Assembly (NCBI GenBank): GCA_047459655.1
Contig: JAJREF010000005.1
Coordinates: 32,001 to 96,000, forward strand
Direction: 5' to 3'
DNA: 64,000 nt
DNA from: Rhabdochlamydiaceae bacterium
GTDB lineage: Bacteria > Chlamydiota > Chlamydiia > Chlamydiales > Rhabdochlamydiaceae
Positions 34,856 to 45,160 of this stretch are shown one piece after another (positions within the stretch are counted from its first letter, which is position 1; the number at the start of each line of letters is the position of its first letter). The notes beneath the pieces were generated by a model that saw only the letters and a program-made list of their open reading frames with translations, did not search any database and was not told the origin of the DNA. A program made the translations under genes and the position numbers.

Positions 34856-37833
34856 TCAATTAAAAATAAAAAAATCTTCTTTTCGTGTGCTCTCTGTCAA
34901 TGAGTCAAAATATTGACGTCTTAGATCATCTAACAAAGAACGGTTCTGAACAAGGTTCAAAATTAGCTCATTTAGATGTGTTGCTGAAAAATGAAAAAAA
35001 TCCGCAAAGTCATCTTTAAAATGGTCCTTTTTTTCAATAAAATTGGCAAATGAAATCGGGGGCTGTCTTTCAAGACCCTTAACCCACTGGATCTCCTCTA
35101 AATCTAACCGCACATTGATAGAACCTTGTTGCACTCCATGCTTGTCTCTAGCAACTAAAGCAAGACGACGATCAGCTGCAATCATCGGCTTAACTGCGAC
35201 TGCTTGAGGGTTTAGATACTCTTTCAACATGAAGACAGTCCTCCAACTAGATCCTTCGTTTTGCCTTTGGGCCACGATTGTACTCCCTTCTAAAGAAAAA
35301 CTCCACAAACCTTTTGTCTTCATATCAACAGTCACTGATCTCTGATTATCTAAGATAACAATCGGTTCAGAAATATCAAAATTCGGATCTAATAAGATAT
35401 AGCCAGCGTCTTCCGGATCACAGGGAGAAGCAAATCGTATTACAAGGGCTGTATGGGAGTATTTAGACCATCCTTCTTGCGCAAATCTAGAGCCTAAAAT
35501 CGCAGGAATTTTTTTTGCACCAAGATGTCCAGGAAGGAGGTTATATACATCATCTATTAAGCCATGGCAAGAGCTTCCATGCCAAGGGTGGACTCTCATA
35601 TCGGGTGTAAATTTAACTAAAGCATCCACTAATTTCAAAGACGGATCTTCTAAACATCTTTCCGAATAAAAGTCTAGAAACTGAGCAACCAAATGGAGGC
35701 GATCGTAATTGGTATTCTCTAGATGATTTTCTAGAAAGGGTTGAACTATTTGCACAATCGCTTTAGAACTCGCACGCAGCGGCTCTACATTCAACTCCTC
35801 AAAAATAGGGCGAGCAGATATTTGATTAAGCTGAAAATCTAATCTCTTTGCTGGGTATAGTTTGTATCCTAGCTCTTCACACTTTTCGGTTAACTGAAAA
35901 AGGCAAGAGGGATTATAGAGTGTAGCCGTATTGCCGACCGGATCCCCCTCTACAAGGCTCTTTAAAATCCTCCTTAAAATTTTTCCGCTACGCGTTTTGG
36001 GAAGATCATCGACAACTTCGATTTCATCAGGGCGAGCATAAGAGCCTACATAATCTGCAACAACAGCTTTAAGTCGTTCTTTTTCTTTTCCATGCCGAGA
36101 AGCTCCATTTTTCAACACAACAAAAGCCACAATTTTTTGCCCTTTTAATGCATCTTTAACTCCAATCACAGCAGCTTCTGCAACACTGGAGTCTTCTATC
36201 AAAGCATTTTCAATCTCAGTAGTACCAATTCTATGCCCCGATATTTTTAAAACTTCATCACATCGTCCTTCGACCCAAAAGTGTCCATTATCATCTTGCT
36301 CTGCAAAATCGCCACAAAAATAATACTTTCCATTCCACTGTTTCCAATAGGTTGCGACATATCGATCATGATCTTTGTAAACACCCCTCATCATCGAAGG
36401 ATAGGGCTGCATAATCGCTAGAAATCCTTTTTTGGCTGGATTGCCCTCACCATCCAAGATAGCAACTTTATAGCCCGGCAAAGCATTGGTTACACTCCCT
36501 GGGATAAGAGGGGTGTAGCCAGGAATAGGGGAGATTACCAAAGCTCCCGTTTCTGTTTGAAACCAAGTGTCTACAATCGGGCATTTTTCATGACCAATTG
36601 CTTTGTAAAACCAGCGCCACGCATTCGGGTTAATAGGTTCTCCGATTGAACCGAGTAAGCGTAGGCTATCTAAATGAGCCCCCTTCCAGCATTTTTCTCC
36701 CCATTGCATTAACATCCGAATAAACGTGGGAGCTGTATAAAAAATCGTCACCTTGTGCTCGTCAATAATTTTTGCAAACTGATTTTTGGCTGGATAATCA
36801 AACGCCCCTTCATAAATAACCTGCGTGACACCATGGGATAGAGGGCCATAAACAACAAAGCTATGACCTGTGATCCAACCAATATCTGCTGTTGACCAGT
36901 AAATATCAGATGGCTTTAAATCAAATACCCACTTAAATGTCGAGTGGACTCCAACTAAATAACCACCTGTTGTATGTAAAATCCCCTTTGGCTTTCCCGT
37001 TGTTCCAGACGTATGTAAAATAAATAAAGGATCTTCAGCTCCCATTTGCTCTGGAGGGCATTCCTCTGAAACACCTTGCACGACATCTCTATATAAATAG
37101 TCCCGTCCCGGCTTTAACGAAAGTTCTGCTCCAGCATTTTCAAATACAAGAGTTGTTTGAAGGGTAGGACACTCTTCCAAAACAGCATCTAACTTAGACT
37201 TGTAAACAACCAGCTTTTCGCCACGGACACTACCATCCACTGTAACTAACAGCTTGGCTTCTGCGTCCAAAATGCGATCCTTTACAGATTGCGCCCCAAT
37301 CCCTCCAAAAATCACGACATGAACAGCTCCAATTCTATTGCAGGCTAACATAGAGGCGATGGCTTCTGGAATCATCGGCATATAAATAGCCACCCGATCC
37401 CCTTTTCGAATCCCCATTTTTTTGAATAGATTTGCAATGAGACAAACTTGCTTATACAGCTCTTGATAAGAAACGCGCCTTGTCTCACCTCGACTATTGA
37501 CAGAAATCAAGGCGACTTTTCCCCAAGCCCTTTTTGAAGGTGCCGATCCAGGCAGTTGTAAGAAACATTTAAAAGCCCCGTTTCAAACCATTTTGCATAT
37601 GGAGGCTCCCATATCAAAGGTTTATCCCACTTCTGAAACCAGTCGATTGCTAACGCTTCTTTTTCCCAAAAAGCAACAAAATCCTTTTCTCCCTCAACAA
37701 ACAATTGATCATCTTGAATGTTAGCGCAAGATTGAAAATCTGCGTGATGCAGAGGCAATTCCCGCTCAACACCCCACACACCACCAAAGTAAAAAACCGC
37801 ACAAATTAACATTAATCGCATAAAGATCCCCAC
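34856..37833 (-). CDS. acs: Acetyl-CoA synthetase with signal-like N-terminus and ~350-aa C-terminal extension (frameshift near 37510)
   Basis: LNVSYNCLDRH, ILHTSGTTGKPKG, ADIGWITGHS, GEPIN, DTWFQTETG, GHRIG, PKTRSGKILRR. Confidence 0.88.
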
Positions 37834-37836
37834 GTT

Positions 37837-39126
37837 TTATTCAGCAGCATTTTTTTTTGGGTTATCGCTACCTTCTTTTGCAAACACCCAACTTACTAAA
37901 TTAGGCTCTCTTCTTTTTGAGATGAATTCTCGGCCCCCAGTACCAGCAACAAGACACTGATCAGATAAAGCGCAGACACTATAAACAAACCCATCATCAG
38001 GATTTAAATTTAAAATTGGACCTGGCTTTCTTAAATCCCACAATTTAATTGATCCATCTCGAGAAGCGCTTGCAAACACATTCTTTGAAACTTTGCAAAC
38101 ATCAAAAATAGTTCCATCGTGCGCCTTCTTACTCCTAGTAGAATTATCCGCATAACATCCAGACACACTCAAAGATTCTACGTCCCAAATGCGTAAAACC
38201 TGGTCCTGCCCTCCTGTTATTACTGAATTTCCCATGAGGCACATGCTGTAGATTTTTCCTTTATGTTGCTCTCCAGGTGCACCTATTTGCTGATGTTGCA
38301 ATGTATGCCACACTCTTACAGTTCCATCTTCTGAAGAACTAATAAGTCGATTGTCGGGAAGACAAATAAGTTTAGAGACTCCCCCCTCATGACCCTTACA
38401 TCTTCCTATGACTTCCTTTTTAGGCAAACTCCAAATTTTAATCGTATGATCCCACTTTCGAGCGTACGGCAAGTCTTTAGGCCTTTGGGTAGCCCCTGTA
38501 GCAAGGCGCTCTCCTAGTAAAAATTCAGCGCTATACACACCTTGCTGGTTCGGATCTTTCAATTCTTGCTTTAATTCAAAAGTTTTTGAGTCCCAGAAAC
38601 AAATATCACCCTTCGCACAGCCAGTAACGAAAGAGTTTGCACTAACTGCGGCACATAATACCTCACCTTTATGTTGGATTGTTTTTCTAGAGACTCCTCT
38701 CATCATATCCCAGACTTTGGCGGTTTTATCATAGGAACATGTAACTAATTCCGTTCCCGACAACTGAACAATTCTCCAGATGCCACTCCGATGCGCAGAA
38801 ACCATTTTCTCCCATGCAGCCTCATATACAATTGTTTCAGGCTCTTGAAAAGTTCTACGAAAAAGAGGCCTCTGACTCGCTTTGGTAGCCGCAGTAACTG
38901 TGCTAACCGTTGCGCTGTAATCTGAAGCAGCATCCATCCGATGATCCTGTAACAGTAAACGAGAAGTTTGCGTAGAGATTGGTTCTATACTTCCACTGTG
39001 CTGAGGAGATACGGGTTCTTCCCCTAAACCCGAAACAGATACGCTGTCGCTTTCCTGATCTTCATCATCTTCATCATTAAACAAGCAGGCAAAATAACCG
39101 CCTGTTCTATTTACACTTCCTGCCAT
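37837..39126 (-). CDS. WD40-repeat protein with low-complexity N-terminus
   Basis: About 7 repeats such as SYDKTAKVWD, GHEGGV..SSEDGTVRVW, SRDGSIKLWD. Confidence 0.9.
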   Translation of the reverse strand: MAGSVNRTGGYFACLFNDEDDEDQESDSVSVSGLGEEPVSPQHSGSIEPISTQTSRLLLQDHRMDAASDYSATVSTVTAATKASQRPLFRRTFQEPETIVYEAAWEKMVSAHRSGIWRIVQLSGTELVTCSYDKTAKVWDMMRGVSRKTIQHKGEVLCAAVSANSFVTGCAKGDICFWDSKTFELKQELKDPNQQGVYSAEFLLGERLATGATQRPKDLPYARKWDHTIKIWSLPKKEVIGRCKGHEGGVSKLICLPDNRLISSSEDGTVRVWHTLQHQQIGAPGEQHKGKIYSMCLMGNSVITGGQDQVLRIWDVESLSVSGCYADNSTRSKKAHDGTIFDVCKVSKNVFASASRDGSIKLWDLRKPGPILNLNPDDGFVYSVCALSDQCLVAGTGGREFISKRREPNLVSWVFAKEGSDNPKKNAAE

Positions 39127-39302
39127 ATTTGTAAAAACTCCCTTATGCAAAGAGAAGTGTATACTAAAAAAAACATTGACCGCAAGAATTAAATCATCCC
39201 ATTTGTTGAACGTGGCTGATAAATAAAGGTTGATCCAACAAAATATGTGTAGTAACTTAGAGTCCCAAGATTTTCAGTAAATTCTAGAAAGAGAGCTCTT
39301 GT

Positions 39303-39623
39303 ATGGCGGATGTCACTTCTGTTGTATCTTCTTCGACTTCTCCACCCATATCCACATATTCTACTTTACAAATCTTACAACAACTCCAAGCAAACCCTGT
39401 TAATCGCCTCGCTTGCGAGATAAGATTGCAACAACTTTTAAACCAAGGAACTGTTTTCACTACCGAAGAAGTAACTTTTTTACAGTCTTTGGGATATTGC
39501 ATCTCTTACAATCACGCAACAATCGCTCGTTTCGAGCATTTCACATGCCCCGATACACCCACTTTAGAAGAAGTGGTTCGATCAGCTCATCCAAACACAG
39601 GCCTCCTGCTTAGACAAATTTAA
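39303..39623 (+). CDS. Hypothetical protein with Ser/Thr-rich N-terminus
   Basis: 106-aa ORF directly upstream of 39628. Confidence 0.45.
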   Translation: MADVTSVVSSSTSPPISTYSTLQILQQLQANPVNRLACEIRLQQLLNQGTVFTTEEVTFLQSLGYCISYNHATIARFEHFTCPDTPTLEEVVRSAHPNTGLLLRQI

Positions 39624-39627
39624 GGCA

Positions 39628-42600
39628 ATGCGTCCGGGGCCTGTTTCAAGTGTGGGGGGCTACGCCCGCGGATACGATGAAGTGTTTGCTATTTTTGAAA
39701 ACCAAACAACAGAAAAAAACGCCCATCAAACACAAATTACAGCATGGCTTAATGATCTAGGCTTGCAAAATAGGCGCCTTATCGATATTGGGTGTGGCAA
39801 CGGGGCTCAGCTGAAAGCGATTGCAGATGCAATCCCCCTTGGATCTGTGACAGCAATTGACAATCAAGCTGGCTCTATTGAAAAAGCACAAGCCCTCCTC
39901 GGGAAACCGACATGGGAATTTAAACAGATGAGCGCTTTTTCTCCATTGAATATATCACCTGCGGATATCTTTTTACTTGCTCATTTTTATTGTGCTCCCG
40001 ACAAAATTAACTCACTACTTGATAATCTTCAACCTTGCGAGAAACCAAACAGTCTCTACATTTTAATTCATAGCGCTCCACAATCTGACACAGGAACACT
40101 CTGCTCCAAACTTTCTTTTCTGCGCCCACGACCAGCTCAGCACATGAGCGAATCTTTTGAAACCGCTTTAAAAGATCGCGGGTACACATGCGAACCTCAT
40201 ATCGTTGAAGCCCAGATCTTATTTCCAAAGCTAACCCCTTCAGCCATTTCCACAATTCTAAACCTTCCTATAGGAGGATATGAAGATGCAGCAGTTACAG
40301 ATCCTGATGTGAGGATTATTAAGGCACTCATGGAGTTTATTGCGGGTTTTCCTCTAGAAGCATTTTCTTTGGAAGAGCGACAGCTTTACATACAAGAATT
40401 AGAAAATTTATTTCAGTCAAATGGGGGCAGTTTCCTTAAAATTTGCAACCGCATTATTTTGGCTCATCCGGAAACGGCAAGCCAATCATTTGCGCAAACG
40501 TTTAAAAAAATCCATGGGGACATATTAGATACTAACTGGCCTTTGATGATGGAAGGCTGCCAAAGAGCATATGATCAAGTTCTTCTAGCCATAGATCAGA
40601 AAAAATATGATGAAGCAGAAGACGTTTTGACACACTGGCTAAAACAGTTAAACCTCTTTCACAGAAATCCCACTGGAGATTCTGGAAAAATCTCTTTTGA
40701 AATGTCCAAGGGATACCTCCTTCTAGCCCGAATTTTGATGGACACAAAAAAACATATGGCTGCTTTGGCAGTGGCCTGGTATGCGCTGCGTATCGATCCT
40801 TCGTGTGAAAAGCAAACACATACAATGATTGAGACAATTGAAGAGCATTATCTAGCAACTTTATCTATCAGATCTCCTATTAAATGGCTCAAACAAGCCG
40901 AAGAAGATCGAAATATGCTGAATAAGTTACGCTCAGGCATTCATGAAAAACTTAATTCAATAGAAAAATTTGATCTCGACATTCAAACTCCTGCTTTGCG
41001 AATCCTATATCAACAGATCACAAAAGAGATGGGCGCCTTCTTTTGTCACCTTCTGGAAGGGGTAGAAAAAGATTTAAAAGATAGGGGAATGTCTCCTCCG
41101 TGTGCTTATGCTGTAGCTGGACTTGGCTCTTTTGCAAGAGAAGAGATCACCCCCTATTCTGATTTAGAATTTATGGTGATTACGGAATCTGATGAAGAAT
41201 CCCTCAAAGAATACTTTAGAATAATGACCTCTTGTTTTCATGCCAGAATTATCAATTTAGGAGAGACCATTCTTCCATCTTTAGGCATCAGGAGCTTACA
41301 TTGGCTTTTTGACGACGAAACAAATCGTGGAATTGCTTTCGATGGAAACATGTCAACTGCTGCCAAAACACCCCATGGAAAACAGCTGGGTAAAAAAGGA
41401 GATTATGAACTAATTGGATCAGTGTCTCACTTTCTTCGATTTCAAACTAACTGGATGCAAGATACACCCGAAGACAGATTGTGGGCTACCACACGATACC
41501 ATCTTCCTACAGTGTTGAGTAATGCGGCTTACATTCAGGGAGATAAACATCTTGTAGAAACCTATCAAATAGCTCTTCCTGCTGTTACCGACCATTCTTT
41601 GACCTTAGATCTACTACAACATGACCTAACGACCTTTAATCCTGAAATAGGGAAAGAAGAGGCTTCCGGGAAAATGCATGATGTCAAAAAAAACCTTTAT
41701 CGATTGCCAACTACCATTCTCGATTCATTGGCGCGTCACTTTCAATTGAAATCTCATAGCAGTTGGGAAAGAGTAGAAGAATTAAAAGATCGTAACATTT
41801 TTTCTAAAGAAGCTGCAGCAGATCTCCTCAAGCTACTTATGGAAGTCCAAGCATTAAGGCTGAAGGCTTATTTTGTTCAGAAGGCCCAAAAAGATGATCT
41901 TCCTCCAGGAACTGACCTCTATCCATTTTACTACATCGCTATACCATTTGTGGATGCTGTTAAGCGTTTTTATGAAGCTGTCAAACAGGGAGAAACAAAT
42001 AACGAAAAATACCTCAACACACCCCGTTTTTTTGACAACACTCCTTTTTGCCAAGGTTGCGTTGCCCGGAGACTATTGGATTATCGAAAAGCAGAATTTC
42101 TTCTGGAAAAAGACCCCCGCGACACCCCCCTATACCTTAGAGTGTTAGCTGATGTAAAAAAAGAGCTCTACAAATTAGATGAGGCCGCTAAACTTTATCA
42201 AAAACTCATCCACCAGCTCCCTAAAGAAGAATCAGAGCTCATTTTAAGCACAAGGATTAAATTAGCCCAGGTGCTTCAAGAGCAGGCTCATTATTCAGAT
42301 GCCCAAATAGCCTTAGCAGAAGCTGAAAAAATATCGATCCCTCTTTAGAGCTGTCTCGGAAAAGTTAGGCCGACTTCGAATCGAGTTTTACATGGATACG
42401 AATAACTACGCAGATGCAGAAAAAGAAGCCAACCGCGTCCTTAAATGCATTCAAAAGCGTCTAGCTAATGAAAAAAAGATCCTCGATACAAAGTATACAT
42501 TGATCCTTCTCTGGGAGAAACACTTCTTCTAAAAGCTCAAGTAAAACAAGGAAAATGTCAATTTAAAGAAGCAGAGGAATCTCTGAGGGAAGCAGACACC

Positions 42601-43582
42601 ATCTTCAGAGGTTATTACCAAAACCCCAAACACCCTAAGTTAGCCCGCATACAGCTCCTAATGGGAAATCTGCTCGAAAATCTAGGGAAATCTGAAGAAG
42701 CCCTTGCTAATGAAGAGGAAGCCCTTGCAATCTACACTGCTTTATTTGATCACAATCACCCTGATATAGCAACTAGCTACAACAATATCGGCCACTCTCT
42801 CGGCAAGCTAGGGAAACATGAAGAAGCTCTTGCTAAAAAAGAAGCGGCCTTAAAAATTTGGCAAAACCTGTTTGGAGAAGCTCACCCTAACATCGCAACT
42901 AGTTACCACAATATTGGAACCTCCTTAGCTGAACTACAACAATACGAACTTGCTCTTGAAAACCAAAAAAAGGACTAGATATGCAGCTCAAATGTTTGGG
43001 AGCCCAACATCCCCTTGTGGCAACAGCATATGACGGCATTGCAGGGACACTAGGAAAACTAGGAGAACACAAAGAAGCTCTCAGAAACAAGGAAAAAGCC
43101 CTACAGATCCGTGAATCTCTTTTGGCAAAATACATCTTGATGTAGCAATGAGTCTCAACAATGTAGCCTACTCCTTAGCAAAATTAGAAAAGCATCAAGA
43201 AGCCATCAAGAAATATGATGAAGCAGCCTTAATTTTTGAGGCGCTTTTTGGTAAAAGTTCCACATATTTAGCCGACTGCTACAGGGGTCGAGGACGCTGT
43301 TGGTATGAATTAGAAAAATATGAAAACGCTTTTTCTGATGAAGAAAAAAGTTTAAATATCTACTTAACTACTTTGCCTCCCCCTTACACGAAAATCGCAG
43401 CTTCTTATCATAAGCTAGGAGACTGCATCCTTAAACTAAAAGAGTTCGACAAAGCAAGGATACACTACACGCAAGAACTAACGATCCTTCAAAACCATTT
43501 AAGCGCAGACGCTCCTGAAATCAAAAAATGCAAACAAAAAATTGCGTATTGTGAAAAGAAGCTCCAAGCGCAAAAAAAATAA
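39628..43582 (+). CDS. SAM-methyltransferase / DUF294-like nucleotidyltransferase / TPR multidomain protein (several frameshifts in the TPR region)
   Basis: LIDIGCGNG; AGLGSFAREEITPYSDLEF; DVKKNLYR; HPDIATSYNNIG repeats in 42661..43582. Confidence 0.75.
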
Positions 43583-43607
43583 TTGAATCAACTTTCTGAA
43601 TCACTCC

Positions 43608-45073
43608 TGTCAACGCAAAATAGAAATGTCCGCTTTTCTCCAATTTAGAAATGTCCTCTTTGGATGTTCTGATCTTCATTGGACTTGTCCGTTTTTTATC
43701 TAAAATACCCATTTTCAAAAGCTCTTCTCTTATCTCCAAGGGTGACTCCTTGAAGGTTTTTGAGGTTTTTTGTTTATCCAATTAAGTGCTAAATCTATTT
43801 CTTTGGACATCACAATTTTCCCTTGCGGTTCTTCCCCATATATCTTGTATTTTAACTCCTTGCCCTTATACAGCACTCTTACCCGTCCATTGAGATCTTC
43901 TAGAAGCATGACTTTTGCTTTCCTTAGAGTGTATGATGATCTTTCACTATCGATCTGATAAAGACTGTTTTTGTATTGGAAGCTTAAGTTTTTAGAGAGA
44001 CATCGGATTTCCTGGTAACTGAAAATCTCTTCTAAGTTCTCTTCTGGTTTTAAAGCTCGATGAGCATCTTCTGCGTTTCTAGGAGCTACGGCAAATTTTT
44101 TGTTATACTTCTCTATGAACTCGGGAATCCATTCATTTGCCTTTTCAATAGTTGAAATATTTTTTTCTCTCATCTCCTTGACTAAACGATCTTGCAATGT
44201 TTGATTGGCTTTTTCAACTCTTCCTTTTGCCTGGGGTGTATTGGCACAAATGAGCTTGATATCGAGTTTTTTTAGGACTCTTCCAAACTCTGTCACTCCA
44301 TTACCAGATACAGCTTCTTTGTGGTTGACTCTAAAAACTCCATATTTATCGCTGTAGAAAGCAAGTGGTTTTCCACATCTCTTTAGATACCTTTTTGTCG
44401 CTTTAAAATAAGATTCTGTTGTTTCACCAAGAGAAAAAAACAGCTCGACAAGTCTACTAGTTGCATCATCAATGTATACTAAAAGGGTACACCTGGGTCC
44501 TCTATTTTCAAACCAGTCATGGGGAGATCCGTCTATTTGTACAAGATCTCCATACTGACTCCTTCTTGGTCTCATCGGGTGGATAACTGCCTTTTTAGCT
44601 TTTTTAGGAGACCAAATATTTTCTTCTATCATCCATTTCCTAAGCGTCTCTATAGACAATGTAAGCTTATGTTTTTCTTCTAACTTTTCTTGAGCTAACG
44701 TAGGGCCATAATCTGCATAATGAGCGGAAATCAGCTTTAGGACTTGTGATCTAAAAGCTTCTGTTAACCTGCGATTACTAGGCTGCCCTCTCTTTTTGGA
44801 AACTAAGCCAGCTTCTCCATGCAGTTCGTAAGCTTGTTTTAAACGTCTAACTTGTCTGGCTGTTATCCCCAGACGTTGTCCCACTTCTATCTGGGAAAAG
44901 CTTTTTCTTTTTAAATTGCGCATCATTTCAACTCTTTCTAATTCTCTTCTGCTCATAGTTATCAACTCCTTCACTCTCACCTCCTTTCAAAAACAAATTT
45001 GAATGAGGTCAGTATCTTCAAAAGAGGACATTTCTATTTAGCAGAAAGAGGACATTATCATTTTGGGCTAACA
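43608..45073 (-). mobile_element. IS1202-family (ISNCY) insertion sequence with 16-bp TSD
   Basis: TGT...ACA ends with doubled AATGTCC subterminal sites; CTTTCTGAATCACTCC at 43592-43607 and 45074-45089. Confidence 0.92.
43730..44980 (-). CDS. DDE transposase (IS1202/ISNCY)
   Basis: HTH, QIDGSPHDWF, IDDATS, YSDK, PQAKGRVEK.NQTLQDRL, HPWR. Confidence 0.95.
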   Translation of the reverse strand: MRVKELITMSRRELERVEMMRNLKRKSFSQIEVGQRLGITARQVRRLKQAYELHGEAGLVSKKRGQPSNRRLTEAFRSQVLKLISAHYADYGPTLAQEKLEEKHKLTLSIETLRKWMIEENIWSPKKAKKAVIHPMRPRRSQYGDLVQIDGSPHDWFENRGPRCTLLVYIDDATSRLVELFFSLGETTESYFKATKRYLKRCGKPLAFYSDKYGVFRVNHKEAVSGNGVTEFGRVLKKLDIKLICANTPQAKGRVEKANQTLQDRLVKEMREKNISTIEKANEWIPEFIEKYNKKFAVAPRNAEDAHRALKPEENLEEIFSYQEIRCLSKNLSFQYKNSLYQIDSERSSYTLRKAKVMLLEDLNGRVRVLYKGKELKYKIYGEEPQGKIVMSKEIDLALNWINKKPQKPSRSHPWR

Positions 45074-45089
45074 CTTTCTGAATCACTCC

Positions 45090-45118
45090 TTGAAGAGAAT
45101 TACCTTCCTTCATATACT
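45090..45118 (+). promoter_or_regulatory. Putative sigma70-type promoter of greA
   Basis: TTGAAG-17 bp-TATACT about 40 bp before the greA start. Confidence 0.55.
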
Positions 45119-45160
45119 GGCCGCTAACCCCTTTTTGGCGGTTTTATCAGGTCAATTTTC

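Noticed and set aside
43592..43607. dif/xrs-site targeting by the IS1202-family element
   Set aside because: No XerC/D-like site is visible, and xrs-targeting members make 5-6-bp rather than 16-bp duplications.
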